This document shows positions 49,037 to 57,689 of a stretch of 64,000 bases of DNA, piece by piece; position 1 is the stretch's first letter, and each line of letters opens with the position of its first letter. This DNA is from Candidatus Dojkabacteria bacterium (GTDB lineage: Bacteria > Patescibacteriota > Dojkabacteria > J137). The stretch lies in the NCBI GenBank assembly GCA_030834985.1, contig JAUQWV010000001.1, positions 192,680 through 256,679 on the forward strand, written 5' to 3'. The position numbers and the translations under genes were made by a program. The notes beneath the pieces are model-generated. The model saw only the letters and a program-made list of their open reading frames with translations. It searched no databases and was not told where the DNA came from.

Positions 49037-50845
49037 TTACACCTTACCTAAACTTTTTGCAAGTTTATTGATCTCCTCAGATAATCCTTTTATTTCAGTA
49101 ATTCCTTTATCCCAGAACTCTTTTTGAGTAATATCAATATTTAGATTTCTAAATATCTCTTTAGGTGATTGACTTGTTCCCGCACTTAAAAATTCTTTAA
49201 CTTTGTTTATAAACAAGTGATCATTCTTAACGGCATTCTGCATAGATTTAGAAATTAGTAATCCGCTTGCGTATGAATAAACATAAAAGAATCTTCTTAT
49301 ATGTGTCCAAGTTACCCACTTGTATTTAGTTTTATTAAATATAACCGAATTACCGTAAAGTTTTGCAAATGAATCTAAAAATACTTGACCTATTTCTTCC
49401 TTTGATAAGTAGCCTTTTTCTCTGAATTGTCTATGAAGATTCTGTTCAAAAGTATAACAAGCAACTTGCACAAAAATTGTTGCAATATCATCCTCAATTT
49501 TTTGCATCATCAAAACAAGCTTTTGTTCATCGTTAGCTTCCTTCTCTAGTTCCTGCCATACAAAATCTTCCATAAAAGTGCTTGCCACTTCTGCAGTAGA
49601 TAATACTGTTCCATAATTCAATTCATTTTGTTTACGCATTAATACATCGTTTATTCCATGACCTATTTCATGTGCCATAGTCAAGCAATCTTGAATTTTG
49701 CCAGTAAAATTTAATAATACATAAACTGGCGAATTTCTAGATACATTTGCGCAGAATGCACCACTTGTTTTTCCTTTTTTAGGTAACACATCTACTCTTT
49801 CTTCGTTAAAGAAATCTAAAAATATTTTATTGAATTCAGGATCTAAATTATTCAATACTCTTGATACAAGATCTACAGCTTCTTCCAATGTGTAGTTTTT
49901 AATATTACTAACATCTATGGTTTGGTCTAAATATTCAATTCCTAATAAAGCCTCATGTGCTTGTAGTTTTTTTTTACCGAGCATTTTAGCTTTAAATTTG
50001 AAGTAATCTTGAACAACATCAAAGTTGCTCACAACACTTTCTACCATTGCATCTACAACTTCGGTATCAATATCATCACTTAGATGTCTAGCAGATTCTG
50101 CACGTTCAAAGTTTCTTAATTTATCTGAAGTTTTTTTATATTCTAAAATCGAATTTAATTCATTTTCTGCTACGCTAGCCCATCGTTCTCTCATTCTGTA
50201 TAAAGCTTTCACAGCCGATTCGCGAACTTTAACGTTTCTAGTATCAATCATAGGACCGATTTCGCTAATCGGCTTTTTTTCCTTTTTACCCTCTTCAGTT
50301 AAAACTTCTTCTAGATCATTTGCTATAAAAGATTCAGTCATTTGAACCCAGTTATAGGTAGCAGGTTTCGAGATTAAATTAGCGACTTTTTCCTGGTCTT
50401 CAGTTAACAAATGGTTAGCTTCCTCAAAAAGTCGCTCTAGAAAATGCCTATATTGTTTAAGCTCTTTGGCATTTAAAAATTTATCTTGCTCAGACTTATC
50501 AATCTTAGAAATTCTATATGTAAAAAACTGTATTTGATTGCCTAAATTATCAGTAAATTCAGAAATCTTATTAATTTGAGCTTTAGTTTCAGGATTTCCC
50601 TGCTCAAGAGCATCTTTAAGTTCAAAATAGTAGCTTATCTGAAAATCAAGACCATACTTTTCCATTAAAGTGTTGTATTCATCTAAAGCCTCTTTAAGAA
50701 CTTTGGGATCTTTTAAATAGTTATCCATAGGATTCCATTTTTTTGTAAAGCTATCCCATGCAGTTTTAACTTCTGCTTTTAAGTCCTCAATCTTATTGGG
50801 ATCTTCTGATTCAAGTATTAATTTCAAATTCCACTTTGTATTCAT
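49037..50845 (-). CDS. pepF: Oligoendopeptidase F (M3B family)
   Basis: HEIGH zinc motif in an approximately 600-aa M3B layout. Confidence 0.85.
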   Translation of the reverse strand: MNTKWNLKLILESEDPNKIEDLKAEVKTAWDSFTKKWNPMDNYLKDPKVLKEALDEYNTLMEKYGLDFQISYYFELKDALEQGNPETKAQINKISEFTDNLGNQIQFFTYRISKIDKSEQDKFLNAKELKQYRHFLERLFEEANHLLTEDQEKVANLISKPATYNWVQMTESFIANDLEEVLTEEGKKEKKPISEIGPMIDTRNVKVRESAVKALYRMRERWASVAENELNSILEYKKTSDKLRNFERAESARHLSDDIDTEVVDAMVESVVSNFDVVQDYFKFKAKMLGKKKLQAHEALLGIEYLDQTIDVSNIKNYTLEEAVDLVSRVLNNLDPEFNKIFLDFFNEERVDVLPKKGKTSGAFCANVSRNSPVYVLLNFTGKIQDCLTMAHEIGHGINDVLMRKQNELNYGTVLSTAEVASTFMEDFVWQELEKEANDEQKLVLMMQKIEDDIATIFVQVACYTFEQNLHRQFREKGYLSKEEIGQVFLDSFAKLYGNSVIFNKTKYKWVTWTHIRRFFYVYSYASGLLISKSMQNAVKNDHLFINKVKEFLSAGTSQSPKEIFRNLNIDITQKEFWDKGITEIKGLSEEINKLAKSLGKV

Positions 50846-50938
50846 CTCTTAATATTTTAAAAGCTAAGTAATAATATCACGAGTACGGTAATATTGAATT
50901 TAGGTCTAGTTTTGATATAATCGTTTTACTTTCGATAT

Positions 50939-51010
50939 GCGGGTATAGTATATCGGTTATTATATTGGTTTTCCAAACCAAGGAGGCGGGTTCGATTCCC
51001 GCTACCCGCT
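50939..51010 (+). tRNA. tRNA-Gly (anticodon UCC), CCA not encoded
   Basis: GCGGGTA..TTGGT-TTTCCAA-ACCAA..GCGGG-TTCGATT-CCCGC-TACCCGC-T. 7-bp acceptor stem, C2:G71/G3:C70, U73 discriminator, 4-nt variable loop. Confidence 0.7.
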
Positions 51011-51079
51011 TTTTTTATCATTTGCACAGCCATATTAATAAGAGTAGAATCCTTATAAATACTTATCATCTATAATTTT

Positions 51080-51343
51080 ATGGAAGCATTCGAAAAACAA
51101 TGCCAGTCTTGCGGGATGCCTTTGGAAAACGGTAAAAAGTCCGGAACCGAAGCAGATGGGAGTCCAAGTAAACTATATTGTACCTACTGCTACAAAGATG
51201 GCAAATTCTTGCAGCCGGATATGACATTAGAAGAGATGAAAAAAGTTTTAGATACTACTATCGGCAAAGAAGGTCTTAAAGGAAAATTTCTTGCATTTTT
51301 TGGAAAGATGCAACTAAAAAGTCTAAAAAGATGGAAAGTATAA
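51080..51343 (+). CDS. Zinc-ribbon domain protein
   Basis: CQSC...CTYC cysteine pairs in an 87-aa protein. Confidence 0.5.
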   Translation: MEAFEKQCQSCGMPLENGKKSGTEADGSPSKLYCTYCYKDGKFLQPDMTLEEMKKVLDTTIGKEGLKGKFLAFFGKMQLKSLKRWKV

Positions 51344-51401
51344 TCGTATAATTGTAACCTCAATTAATTTCCCCTATACTTAATATGTAAACTTATTTTA
51401 T

Positions 51402-51773
51402 TTGTTAAGAAATAGGCTTATGAAGATATTAATAAATCTTGTCGTAAGTACTATCGCTGTGCTTATTAGCGCATACATCATTCCTGATGTACAGGTGGAA
51501 GGATTTTTTGTAGCAGTTGTAGTAGCAGTTGTACTTGCTATTGTAAATGCTTTGGTAAAACCAGTAGTAGAGTTCTTAACTTTACCTGTGAATATCCTTA
51601 CACTCGGATTATTTAGCTTTGTTGTTACTGCATTAATGGTAATGCTAACAGCTGCCATTGTTCCTGGATTCCAAGTTGGCGGATTCTTAGCTGCATTACT
51701 ATTCGGTGTAGTACTATCGTTAGTTAACGGAGTACTGTTTGCTGTACTACCTGGAGAAAAAAAGGATTTGTAA
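51402..51773 (+). CDS. DUF360/phage-holin-4_2-like 4-transmembrane protein (start probably the Met at about 51420)
   Basis: Repeated ...VPGFQV(E)GF... helix pattern typical of the YvlD/DUF360 family. Confidence 0.6.
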   Translation: MLRNRLMKILINLVVSTIAVLISAYIIPDVQVEGFFVAVVVAVVLAIVNALVKPVVEFLTLPVNILTLGLFSFVVTALMVMLTAAIVPGFQVGGFLAALLFGVVLSLVNGVLFAVLPGEKKDL

Positions 51774-51955
51774 TAAATAAAGGATCATATATTCTTGAAA
51801 TAAAACAGTCTGGCTATGTACCATACAAAGAAAATATTGAATATAACACTAACGAAGGAATTGTTGCCAAAGATATCGGCTTAGTTCCTGAGGTCAGCTC
51901 TGCGCAAACCTTTAGACTAAATCTAAGATCAAAACTTTATACACTAAACACTATT

Positions 51956-52429
51956 TTGGTATATGCAGGATTTGCACTATCTATTGTTGCACTTATAGTA
52001 AGTCAAACATTATTAAATGTTGTAATTGTAGCTTTATATGCAGCCCAATTTATTATCTTTAGATTACTAAGCAAAAAAACAAAACGTGAGTGGGGCTATG
52101 TTTATAACTCTAAGAATGGAGCTAAAATTAAAGGAGCCTTTGTAAGAATTTACGATACTGTCTTAACTAGACAGGTAGAAGTAATTATTACTGATGAACA
52201 GGGAAGGTATATGTTCAATAACTTAAAAGAAGGTAACTACTTAATAAGTGTATATTCCGAAGGATATACCTTCCCTGCCCAGTCGCAAAGTAACCTAAAC
52301 TTAACTTATAGTCAAACCGGACAAGCGTTTGTAAAAGTTAGCGTTCTTAAAGGTAAGCCAATTAATCTAATAATACCTTTAGATCCTTTAAGCCCATCTG
52401 CAGTTAGAAGTGGTCCTTTTGGAAGCTGA
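51956..52429 (+). CDS. Membrane-anchored carboxypeptidase-regulatory-like (CarboxypepD_reg) domain protein
   Basis: GAKIKGAFVRIYDT...TDEQGRYMFNNLKEGNYLISVYSEGY. The ORF track uses a TTG start. The frame is open upstream to 51728 and that stretch encodes a second partial copy of the same domain. Confidence 0.5.
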   Translation: MVYAGFALSIVALIVSQTLLNVVIVALYAAQFIIFRLLSKKTKREWGYVYNSKNGAKIKGAFVRIYDTVLTRQVEVIITDEQGRYMFNNLKEGNYLISVYSEGYTFPAQSQSNLNLTYSQTGQAFVKVSVLKGKPINLIIPLDPLSPSAVRSGPFGS

Positions 52430-52431
52430 AA

Positions 52432-52824
52432 TCATTTTATTACTTCGGGTAAAGCTTCGTCTGTTTGTATAAACTTTAACGATAATGAATTTACGCATTC
52501 GCGCACATTTGCAGGCGTTAACTCTTCACCAATAAACTCGTGTCCCAAATGTGCGCCACAATTAGCGCATTGTATTTCTATTCTTGCACCATCTGGGTCC
52601 GGAAGTTTTTTTAAAGCGTTAGGATAACTTTTATCAAATGCAGGCCAGCCACAATGTGCCTCAAATTTAGCTTCAGAAGAAAAAAGTGGTAAGTTGCATC
52701 TTCTGCAAACAAAAGTTCCAGGCTCGTAAAAGTCATCGTACTCACCTGTAAACGGAGCTTCTGTTGCTTTATTTACAATTACATCTTCTTCTTGTGGTGT
52801 TAACTTATTGAATTTATCTTTCAT
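52432..52824 (-). CDS. msrB: Peptide-methionine (R)-S-oxide reductase MsrB
   Basis: CRRC/CANC zinc-site cysteines, CGWPAF and HLGHEF SelR motifs. Confidence 0.9.
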   Translation of the reverse strand: MKDKFNKLTPQEEDVIVNKATEAPFTGEYDDFYEPGTFVCRRCNLPLFSSEAKFEAHCGWPAFDKSYPNALKKLPDPDGARIEIQCANCGAHLGHEFIGEELTPANVRECVNSLSLKFIQTDEALPEVIK

Positions 52825-52831
52825 AAAATTA

Positions 52832-53602
52832 TTATTTAAGAAGTTTTTTGATTTGTGGTACCACTTCTAAGGTTCTTTGGTAGCCAGCGTCAACTAGTTT
52901 ATTATCCATCTTTTTAAAATCAAACATATTTACACCGTCTTTAAAGTTGCCGATATCTAAGTCTACCGGATCTAATAAAAGTTCTTTTTCGGCATTAACC
53001 CTTACAAGTGCGGAAATTGATTGAAATATACTGCCTATCGGCTCCATAAATTTTAAAGTAGAGATAGAATCTACATCACAGCCAACTACTATATCCGCAC
53101 CCATTTCACGGATATATTTTGCTCCGTAATATACGCTATATCCTCCTTCAGCTAATAATTTACCACTTATTTTGTATGGCAGCATAAGCGGCGATAATGC
53201 GCACGACGCTAATATTGCTTCCGCCAAATTGCCCTCCCGCATTACCGCCGCTTTTCGTTCATCTAAATCAGTTGCAAAAATTGCTAGTGCAGGTTTTGTA
53301 TTTTCAATTTTAAAATCCCCAACATATGTTTTAAATGTTTCTAAAACTCGTTCTTGATCTAAGATCTCAACGCCATCAAAAGGATTTACATCTAATAATG
53401 AAGATATATTTACATTCTTAATAATTGATTCTATCTCTTCAAAGCTTTTTCCTGTACCAAAAAGCCCAGCTATAATTGCACCTCCACTTAAAGCTCCAAT
53501 TGCATGAACTTCAATAGCATTGTCATAAAGAGCTTTTAAAACTCCAAGATACACAAGAGCTTTAACACCTCCGCCACTAAAACTTAATCCCAGCTTTTTC
53601 AT
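52832..53602 (-). CDS. Patatin-like phospholipase
   Basis: GGGVKA oxyanion motif, GALSGG (GxSxG) nucleophile, DGG-type catalytic Asp region. Confidence 0.8.
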   Translation of the reverse strand: MKKLGLSFSGGGVKALVYLGVLKALYDNAIEVHAIGALSGGAIIAGLFGTGKSFEEIESIIKNVNISSLLDVNPFDGVEILDQERVLETFKTYVGDFKIENTKPALAIFATDLDERKAAVMREGNLAEAILASCALSPLMLPYKISGKLLAEGGYSVYYGAKYIREMGADIVVGCDVDSISTLKFMEPIGSIFQSISALVRVNAEKELLLDPVDLDIGNFKDGVNMFDFKKMDNKLVDAGYQRTLEVVPQIKKLLK

Positions 53603-54000
53603 ACTGATTTTTTTAATATCTCCTTAAGTACATCAATGTTGATATCGCTTAATTTGTTTACATACAAGCAGCCTTTTCCTGTTTTATATTTTCCCAGTGT
53701 ACTTAACAGTGTTGAATATTCCTGCTCAGGTCTATTAAAAACATATAGTGTAAGAGTTTGTTTGCGAGGTGAAAATCCTATTATAAACCAGTCTAACTCC
53801 CGGCCGCTTGCATACTTTAAATGTTGATTTCCAAAACCCACAATACTTGTTCCCCACATCTTAGGTTTATCTCCAGTAGCCTGCTGCATAAGTTCAACAA
53901 TTATTTTGCTATCTTCTCTTTTGACATTGTCTTCAATAGCGTTTATAAAAGCAGCAACATCCCCACTGTTAACTTTAGTTTTAAGCTCAGCCTTTGCCAT
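53599..54000 (-). CDS. DUF1801 (YdhG-like) domain protein
   Basis: Approximately 130-aa protein with DUF1801-like layout. 4-nt overlap with the patatin gene. Confidence 0.45.
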   Translation of the reverse strand: MAKAELKTKVNSGDVAAFINAIEDNVKREDSKIIVELMQQATGDKPKMWGTSIVGFGNQHLKYASGRELDWFIIGFSPRKQTLTLYVFNRPEQEYSTLLSTLGKYKTGKGCLYVNKLSDINIDVLKEILKKSV

Positions 54001-54003
54001 TTT

Positions 54004-54372
54004 TTATAGTTGAGTTCCGTCTGGGCACAATTCGAATTCACAGTTAGGGCCTGATCTGCCAACTTCAGTTGTTCCATCTGGGCACATTTTTACTTCCAAA
54101 GTACAAACTACGGAATTCTCATCTTCGTCTGAAGCAGTTGGACATTCGTAGAATTCACAATTATTTGAAGAATTCCTCATTACATATGATCCATCTTCAC
54201 ATTTTTTTGTGTCCATTTCGCACAACACCTGATTTACTTCAACATTATTGGTGGTTGTATTGGTTGTAGGATTCGTTAATGATTGAATTAATAGATATCC
54301 TCCAACTAAAAGTGCTACTACAACAAGTATGCCTACAATGATTAGCACGACTTTCTTTGTTTTTTCATTCAT
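54004..54372 (-). CDS. Small secreted/membrane-anchored Cys-rich protein with a tandem C-x5-K-x-C-x-DG-...-NCEF-x-x-CP repeat
   Basis: N-terminal transmembrane/signal helix. Two repeats, VLCEMDTKKCEDGSYVMRNSSNNCEFYECP and VVCTLEVKMCPDGTTEVGRSGPNCEFELCP, with 8 Cys in total. Confidence 0.5.
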   Translation of the reverse strand: MNEKTKKVVLIIVGILVVVALLVGGYLLIQSLTNPTTNTTTNNVEVNQVLCEMDTKKCEDGSYVMRNSSNNCEFYECPTASDEDENSVVCTLEVKMCPDGTTEVGRSGPNCEFELCPDGTQL

Positions 54373-54389
54373 AAAATTTAATTAAAAAT

Positions 54390-55061
54390 TTATATTAAAC
54401 TATACATCAAATTAAGAACGAACACACCTATTACTGCAAGTACAACAGAAATTGCTACTATGTAAACTGATAATTTATTTTTTCTAAATAGTATAAAAGG
54501 AGTTGATAATGCCAGCACAATTAAAGCTAACGAAAAGAAAAATGGAAACAAGTTTATATAGCTAATTGATAAATACGGAATTATTTGTATTAAATTAGCA
54601 ATATTTTCTGTAAATACAATTATCAACGGAATTATTACCGCAAAGACTTTTAAATTAGCTTTTTTAGCAAATTCCGCCATTCTACCTGATAACCCACCAA
54701 TGCCCCCTAATATTATAGAGATCAAACCCCAGCCAATCACCGTTGTGGCCAGATTAACTCCTAAAAGCGGTGCTGCTCCTACCGAAGAATATATTAAATA
54801 GTAAACAACTATAGATAAAACTAAACTCGAAACAGGAAGAACAAAAGCTTTTATTTTACTTTTAAACCTTGTACCGAACCAAAAAGTAAATAAAATCCAA
54901 ACAGAAGCGGTATTAAAAAAGCCACTAAAAAAATATGTAAATGGTGATGGCAGTAGGATGTAACTTGATGACAACAGTCCCATAAGAATGCCTAACCCTA
55001 CTGCCATCAATGAATTTTTATTATTTTTAACAAAAACCAACATAATTAAACTTTTGTTCAA
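54390..55061 (-). CDS. Hypothetical 6-transmembrane membrane protein
   Basis: Hydrophobic segments throughout. Within the operon. Confidence 0.45.
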   Translation of the reverse strand: MNKSLIMLVFVKNNKNSLMAVGLGILMGLLSSSYILLPSPFTYFFSGFFNTASVWILFTFWFGTRFKSKIKAFVLPVSSLVLSIVVYYLIYSSVGAAPLLGVNLATTVIGWGLISIILGGIGGLSGRMAEFAKKANLKVFAVIIPLIIVFTENIANLIQIIPYLSISYINLFPFFFSLALIVLALSTPFILFRKNKLSVYIVAISVVLAVIGVFVLNLMYSLI

Positions 55062-55080
55062 TTATATTGTATTACAAAAG

Positions 55081-55866
55081 TTATTCAGCTTCAAAACTTT
55101 GCAGTAAAAACATTATGATTAAACCTATAATAAAAGCTGCAATCTCTACAATATATTTTTTAACTCCAGCTTTTCGATGAATAACAGGAAGTAAATCAGC
55201 TAAAGCAATATATATAAATTGACCAGCGGCAACTGGCACCAAATATTTCTCTAAATCTTCAATAAAGTTTGTAAGTACAAAAACTAATACAACACCCAAC
55301 ATTGCCGTTAATGCAGTCAAAAAGTTAATTACTAAGATCCTTGCTTTGTTCCATCCTGAATAAACTAATACCGAAACATCTGCTATTTCTTGAGGAATCT
55401 CGTGGAAGATAACCGCAATTGTTGTTGCTATACCAATTTCTGGAGAAATTAAAAAGCTAGAGGCGATGGCAACTCCATCTAAAAAATTATGAATGCCATC
55501 GCCGATAATATTCAATTTACCTAAATGATTATGTAAATGATGGTTATGATCGTGCTCTTTTTCAATAACTTCTATTTCAGTACTGGAATCATGACTACAG
55601 TGAAGATAAGCCTCAATTATTAGCATAATTGTTATGCCAAAAAGGATTCCAAGCACTGATTCATTTGTATAGCCATGCAACTCTATGTGTTCAGGCAGGA
55701 GATGAAAAAAGACATCTCCAATTAAGCTTCCTGCTGCAAAAGATACAAAAGCAGTTATTAATATACTTTTAGAAACTCTTTTAATTAAAAAGAAGATTCC
55801 CACAAATGATACTAAGCTGACTAGAAAAGTTGCAGCAATAGGCATTATTAAATCCATATAAAACAT
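55081..55866 (-). CDS. ZIP-family divalent metal (zinc) transporter (ZupT-like)
   Basis: HEIPQEIAD motif, His-rich loop HDHNHHLHNH, 8-transmembrane layout. Confidence 0.8.
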   Translation of the reverse strand: MFYMDLIMPIAATFLVSLVSFVGIFFLIKRVSKSILITAFVSFAAGSLIGDVFFHLLPEHIELHGYTNESVLGILFGITIMLIIEAYLHCSHDSSTEIEVIEKEHDHNHHLHNHLGKLNIIGDGIHNFLDGVAIASSFLISPEIGIATTIAVIFHEIPQEIADVSVLVYSGWNKARILVINFLTALTAMLGVVLVFVLTNFIEDLEKYLVPVAAGQFIYIALADLLPVIHRKAGVKKYIVEIAAFIIGLIIMFLLQSFEAE

Positions 55867-55907
55867 TCTAATATATTATCTATTTCAATTGTACAAAACC
55901 TGTCAAG

Positions 55908-57029
55908 TTGTATTACAATCAAAATATGTTTCATTACTTTTATGTGACTTTTTTTAAGCCTATAGCATTTAGGTTTGATCCTGAGTTGGTCCACGATAAA
56001 ATGAGTCAATTCGGTCATTTTCTTGGTCGATTCAAATTAGGCAGATGGATTACCAAGCTGCTTTTCTCCTCTACTCAAAATGAAATTCTAAAACAAGAAA
56101 TTCAGGGCGTGGTTTTTAAAAATCCAGTTGGCCTTTCAGCAGGATTTGATAAGAACGCCAAATTAATGAATATTTTGCCTTATATAGATTTTGGCTTTGA
56201 AGAGATCGGTTCTGTCACTATGTATCCTTATGCAGGCAATCCAAAACCACGCCTTTACAGATTAAAAAAATCTAAAGCGTTAGTTGTCTACTACGGTTTG
56301 ATGAACGATGGAGTTAAAACTATCGGTAAAAGAATTAAAAAAGCATTAAAAACAGATATGGTTTTAGGTGTGTCTATTGCTAAAACGAATTCAGATAAAA
56401 CTGCTAAAGAGGAAGACGGTATTATGGATTACTATCATTGTTTAAAATATTTAGTAAATCATAACATTGGGCAATACTATACTATAAATATCTCCTGCCC
56501 CAATACCTTTGGTGGAGAACCTTTTACAACAGTCGATAAGCTAGACCGATTACTCAAAAAACTTTCTGAAGTAAAAACAGATAAACCTATATTTATAAAG
56601 ATGCCAATAAATCTGGATTTAAAAGATTATGACGGTCTTTTACAGATTTGTGTTAAATATATTATTACCGGTGTAATTATTGGTAATTTAACTAAAATTA
56701 AGGATCCTAATCTGATAAAAGATGAGATTCCTGAGCATATAAAGGGAGGAATTAGCGGGCTGCCAACACAAAAGTTATCAGATGACCTTATTAGCTACAC
56801 CTTTAAAAATTACGGTGACAAGTTAAAGATTATGGGCGTTGGCGGTATCTTTTCTGCAGACGATGCTTACGAAAAAATTAAACGAGGAGCTTCGCTACTG
56901 CAATTAATTACAGGCATGATTTTTGAAGGTCCATCTTTAATCAAAACTATTAACAATGAACTTACTGCTATGCTTAAAAATGATGGATACAAAAGCATTT
57001 CAGAAGCTGTAGGTGCTTATCATATCTAA
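55908..57029 (+). CDS. pyrD: Dihydroorotate dehydrogenase, class 2 (quinone-dependent type)
   Basis: GLSAGFDKNAK, GFEEIGSVT, NPKPRLYRL, and a C-terminal GGI motif. Confidence 0.75.
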   Translation: MYYNQNMFHYFYVTFFKPIAFRFDPELVHDKMSQFGHFLGRFKLGRWITKLLFSSTQNEILKQEIQGVVFKNPVGLSAGFDKNAKLMNILPYIDFGFEEIGSVTMYPYAGNPKPRLYRLKKSKALVVYYGLMNDGVKTIGKRIKKALKTDMVLGVSIAKTNSDKTAKEEDGIMDYYHCLKYLVNHNIGQYYTINISCPNTFGGEPFTTVDKLDRLLKKLSEVKTDKPIFIKMPINLDLKDYDGLLQICVKYIITGVIIGNLTKIKDPNLIKDEIPEHIKGGISGLPTQKLSDDLISYTFKNYGDKLKIMGVGGIFSADDAYEKIKRGASLLQLITGMIFEGPSLIKTINNELTAMLKNDGYKSISEAVGAYHI

Positions 57030-57039
57030 ATCATCCAAA

Positions 57040-57108
57040 TTGATATTATAGGATTATTTTGGTAGAATACACCGGTTTAATACACGGATAATTTTTATAC
57101 ACGGCTTT
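57040..57108 (+). promoter_or_regulatory. efp promoter TTGATA-N17-TAGAAT followed by three direct repeats ATACAC(C)GG in the leader
   Basis: TTGATA at 57040-45 and TAGAAT at 57063-68. Repeats at 57067-75, 57080-87 and 57097-104. Confidence 0.5.
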
Positions 57109-57672
57109 ATGGCAGCAACATCTGAACTATATAGAGGCATGATTATTAAGCACAATAATGAGCCTTGCATTTTAATCGAAAAAGAATTCTATTCACCTGG
57201 CAAAGGCTCAGCATTTAACAGATGCAAGCTAAAGTCTATCAAAACAGGCAAAATTGTAAATGTTGTATTCAAATCAGGCGAGAAAGTAGATGAATTAGAA
57301 GTTTCAACCAGAAATATGCAATATTTATACGCAGACGATAATTATGCATACTTTATGAATCCAGATACTTTTGACCAGGTTACTGTACCATTAGAGGACA
57401 TTCCTGGAAAAACAGATTACTTACATTCAGATGCTAAATATATAATGTCTTTTTATGAAGATGAAGTTATATATGTTCAGCTTCCTGCAAAAATCTCGCT
57501 TGTTATTACTGAAGCGCCTGAAGCTGTTAAAGGAGATACTGCTACTAACGCTTTAAAAGAAGTTACAGTAGAAACAGGCTTAAAGGTAAAAGTTCCTTTA
57601 TTCATCAAAACTGGAGATAAAATAATTATCAACACAGAATCAGGTGAATATTACTCAAAAGAGAATAAATAA
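57109..57672 (+). CDS. efp: Elongation factor P
   Basis: SPGKGSAFNRCKLKSIKTGK (modifiable Lys in the PGKG loop) and three-domain EF-P layout. Confidence 0.9.
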   Translation: MAATSELYRGMIIKHNNEPCILIEKEFYSPGKGSAFNRCKLKSIKTGKIVNVVFKSGEKVDELEVSTRNMQYLYADDNYAYFMNPDTFDQVTVPLEDIPGKTDYLHSDAKYIMSFYEDEVIYVQLPAKISLVITEAPEAVKGDTATNALKEVTVETGLKVKVPLFIKTGDKIIINTESGEYYSKENK

Positions 57673-57689
57673 CTAGCCGATAATAAACA

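Noticed and set aside
50939-51010. Initial reading of this tRNA as tRNA-Trp(CCA)
   Set aside because: Careful indexing gives anticodon stem TTGGT/ACCAA and loop TTTCCAA, so the anticodon is UCC (Gly). A U73 discriminator and C2:G71/G3:C70 also fit glycine identity.
51402-51773. DUF360/holin-family protein as evidence of a prophage lysis cassette
   Set aside because: There is no endolysin, terminase, capsid or integrase nearby. DUF360 proteins are common chromosomal membrane proteins.
52832-53602. Patatin-like phospholipase as a CBASS-type defence effector
   Set aside because: No cyclase/CD-NTase, HORMA/TRIP13 or E1/E2-like partner genes are present. The operon context is metal and stress related instead.
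36840-54269. Remaining short shadow ORFs (36840-37052, 39859-40080, 42788-43084, 48211-48411, 50025-50345, 51398-51658, 53172-53357, 53636-54009, 54069-54269, 59207-59434)
   Set aside because: Each overlaps a better-supported gene on the other strand or frame.
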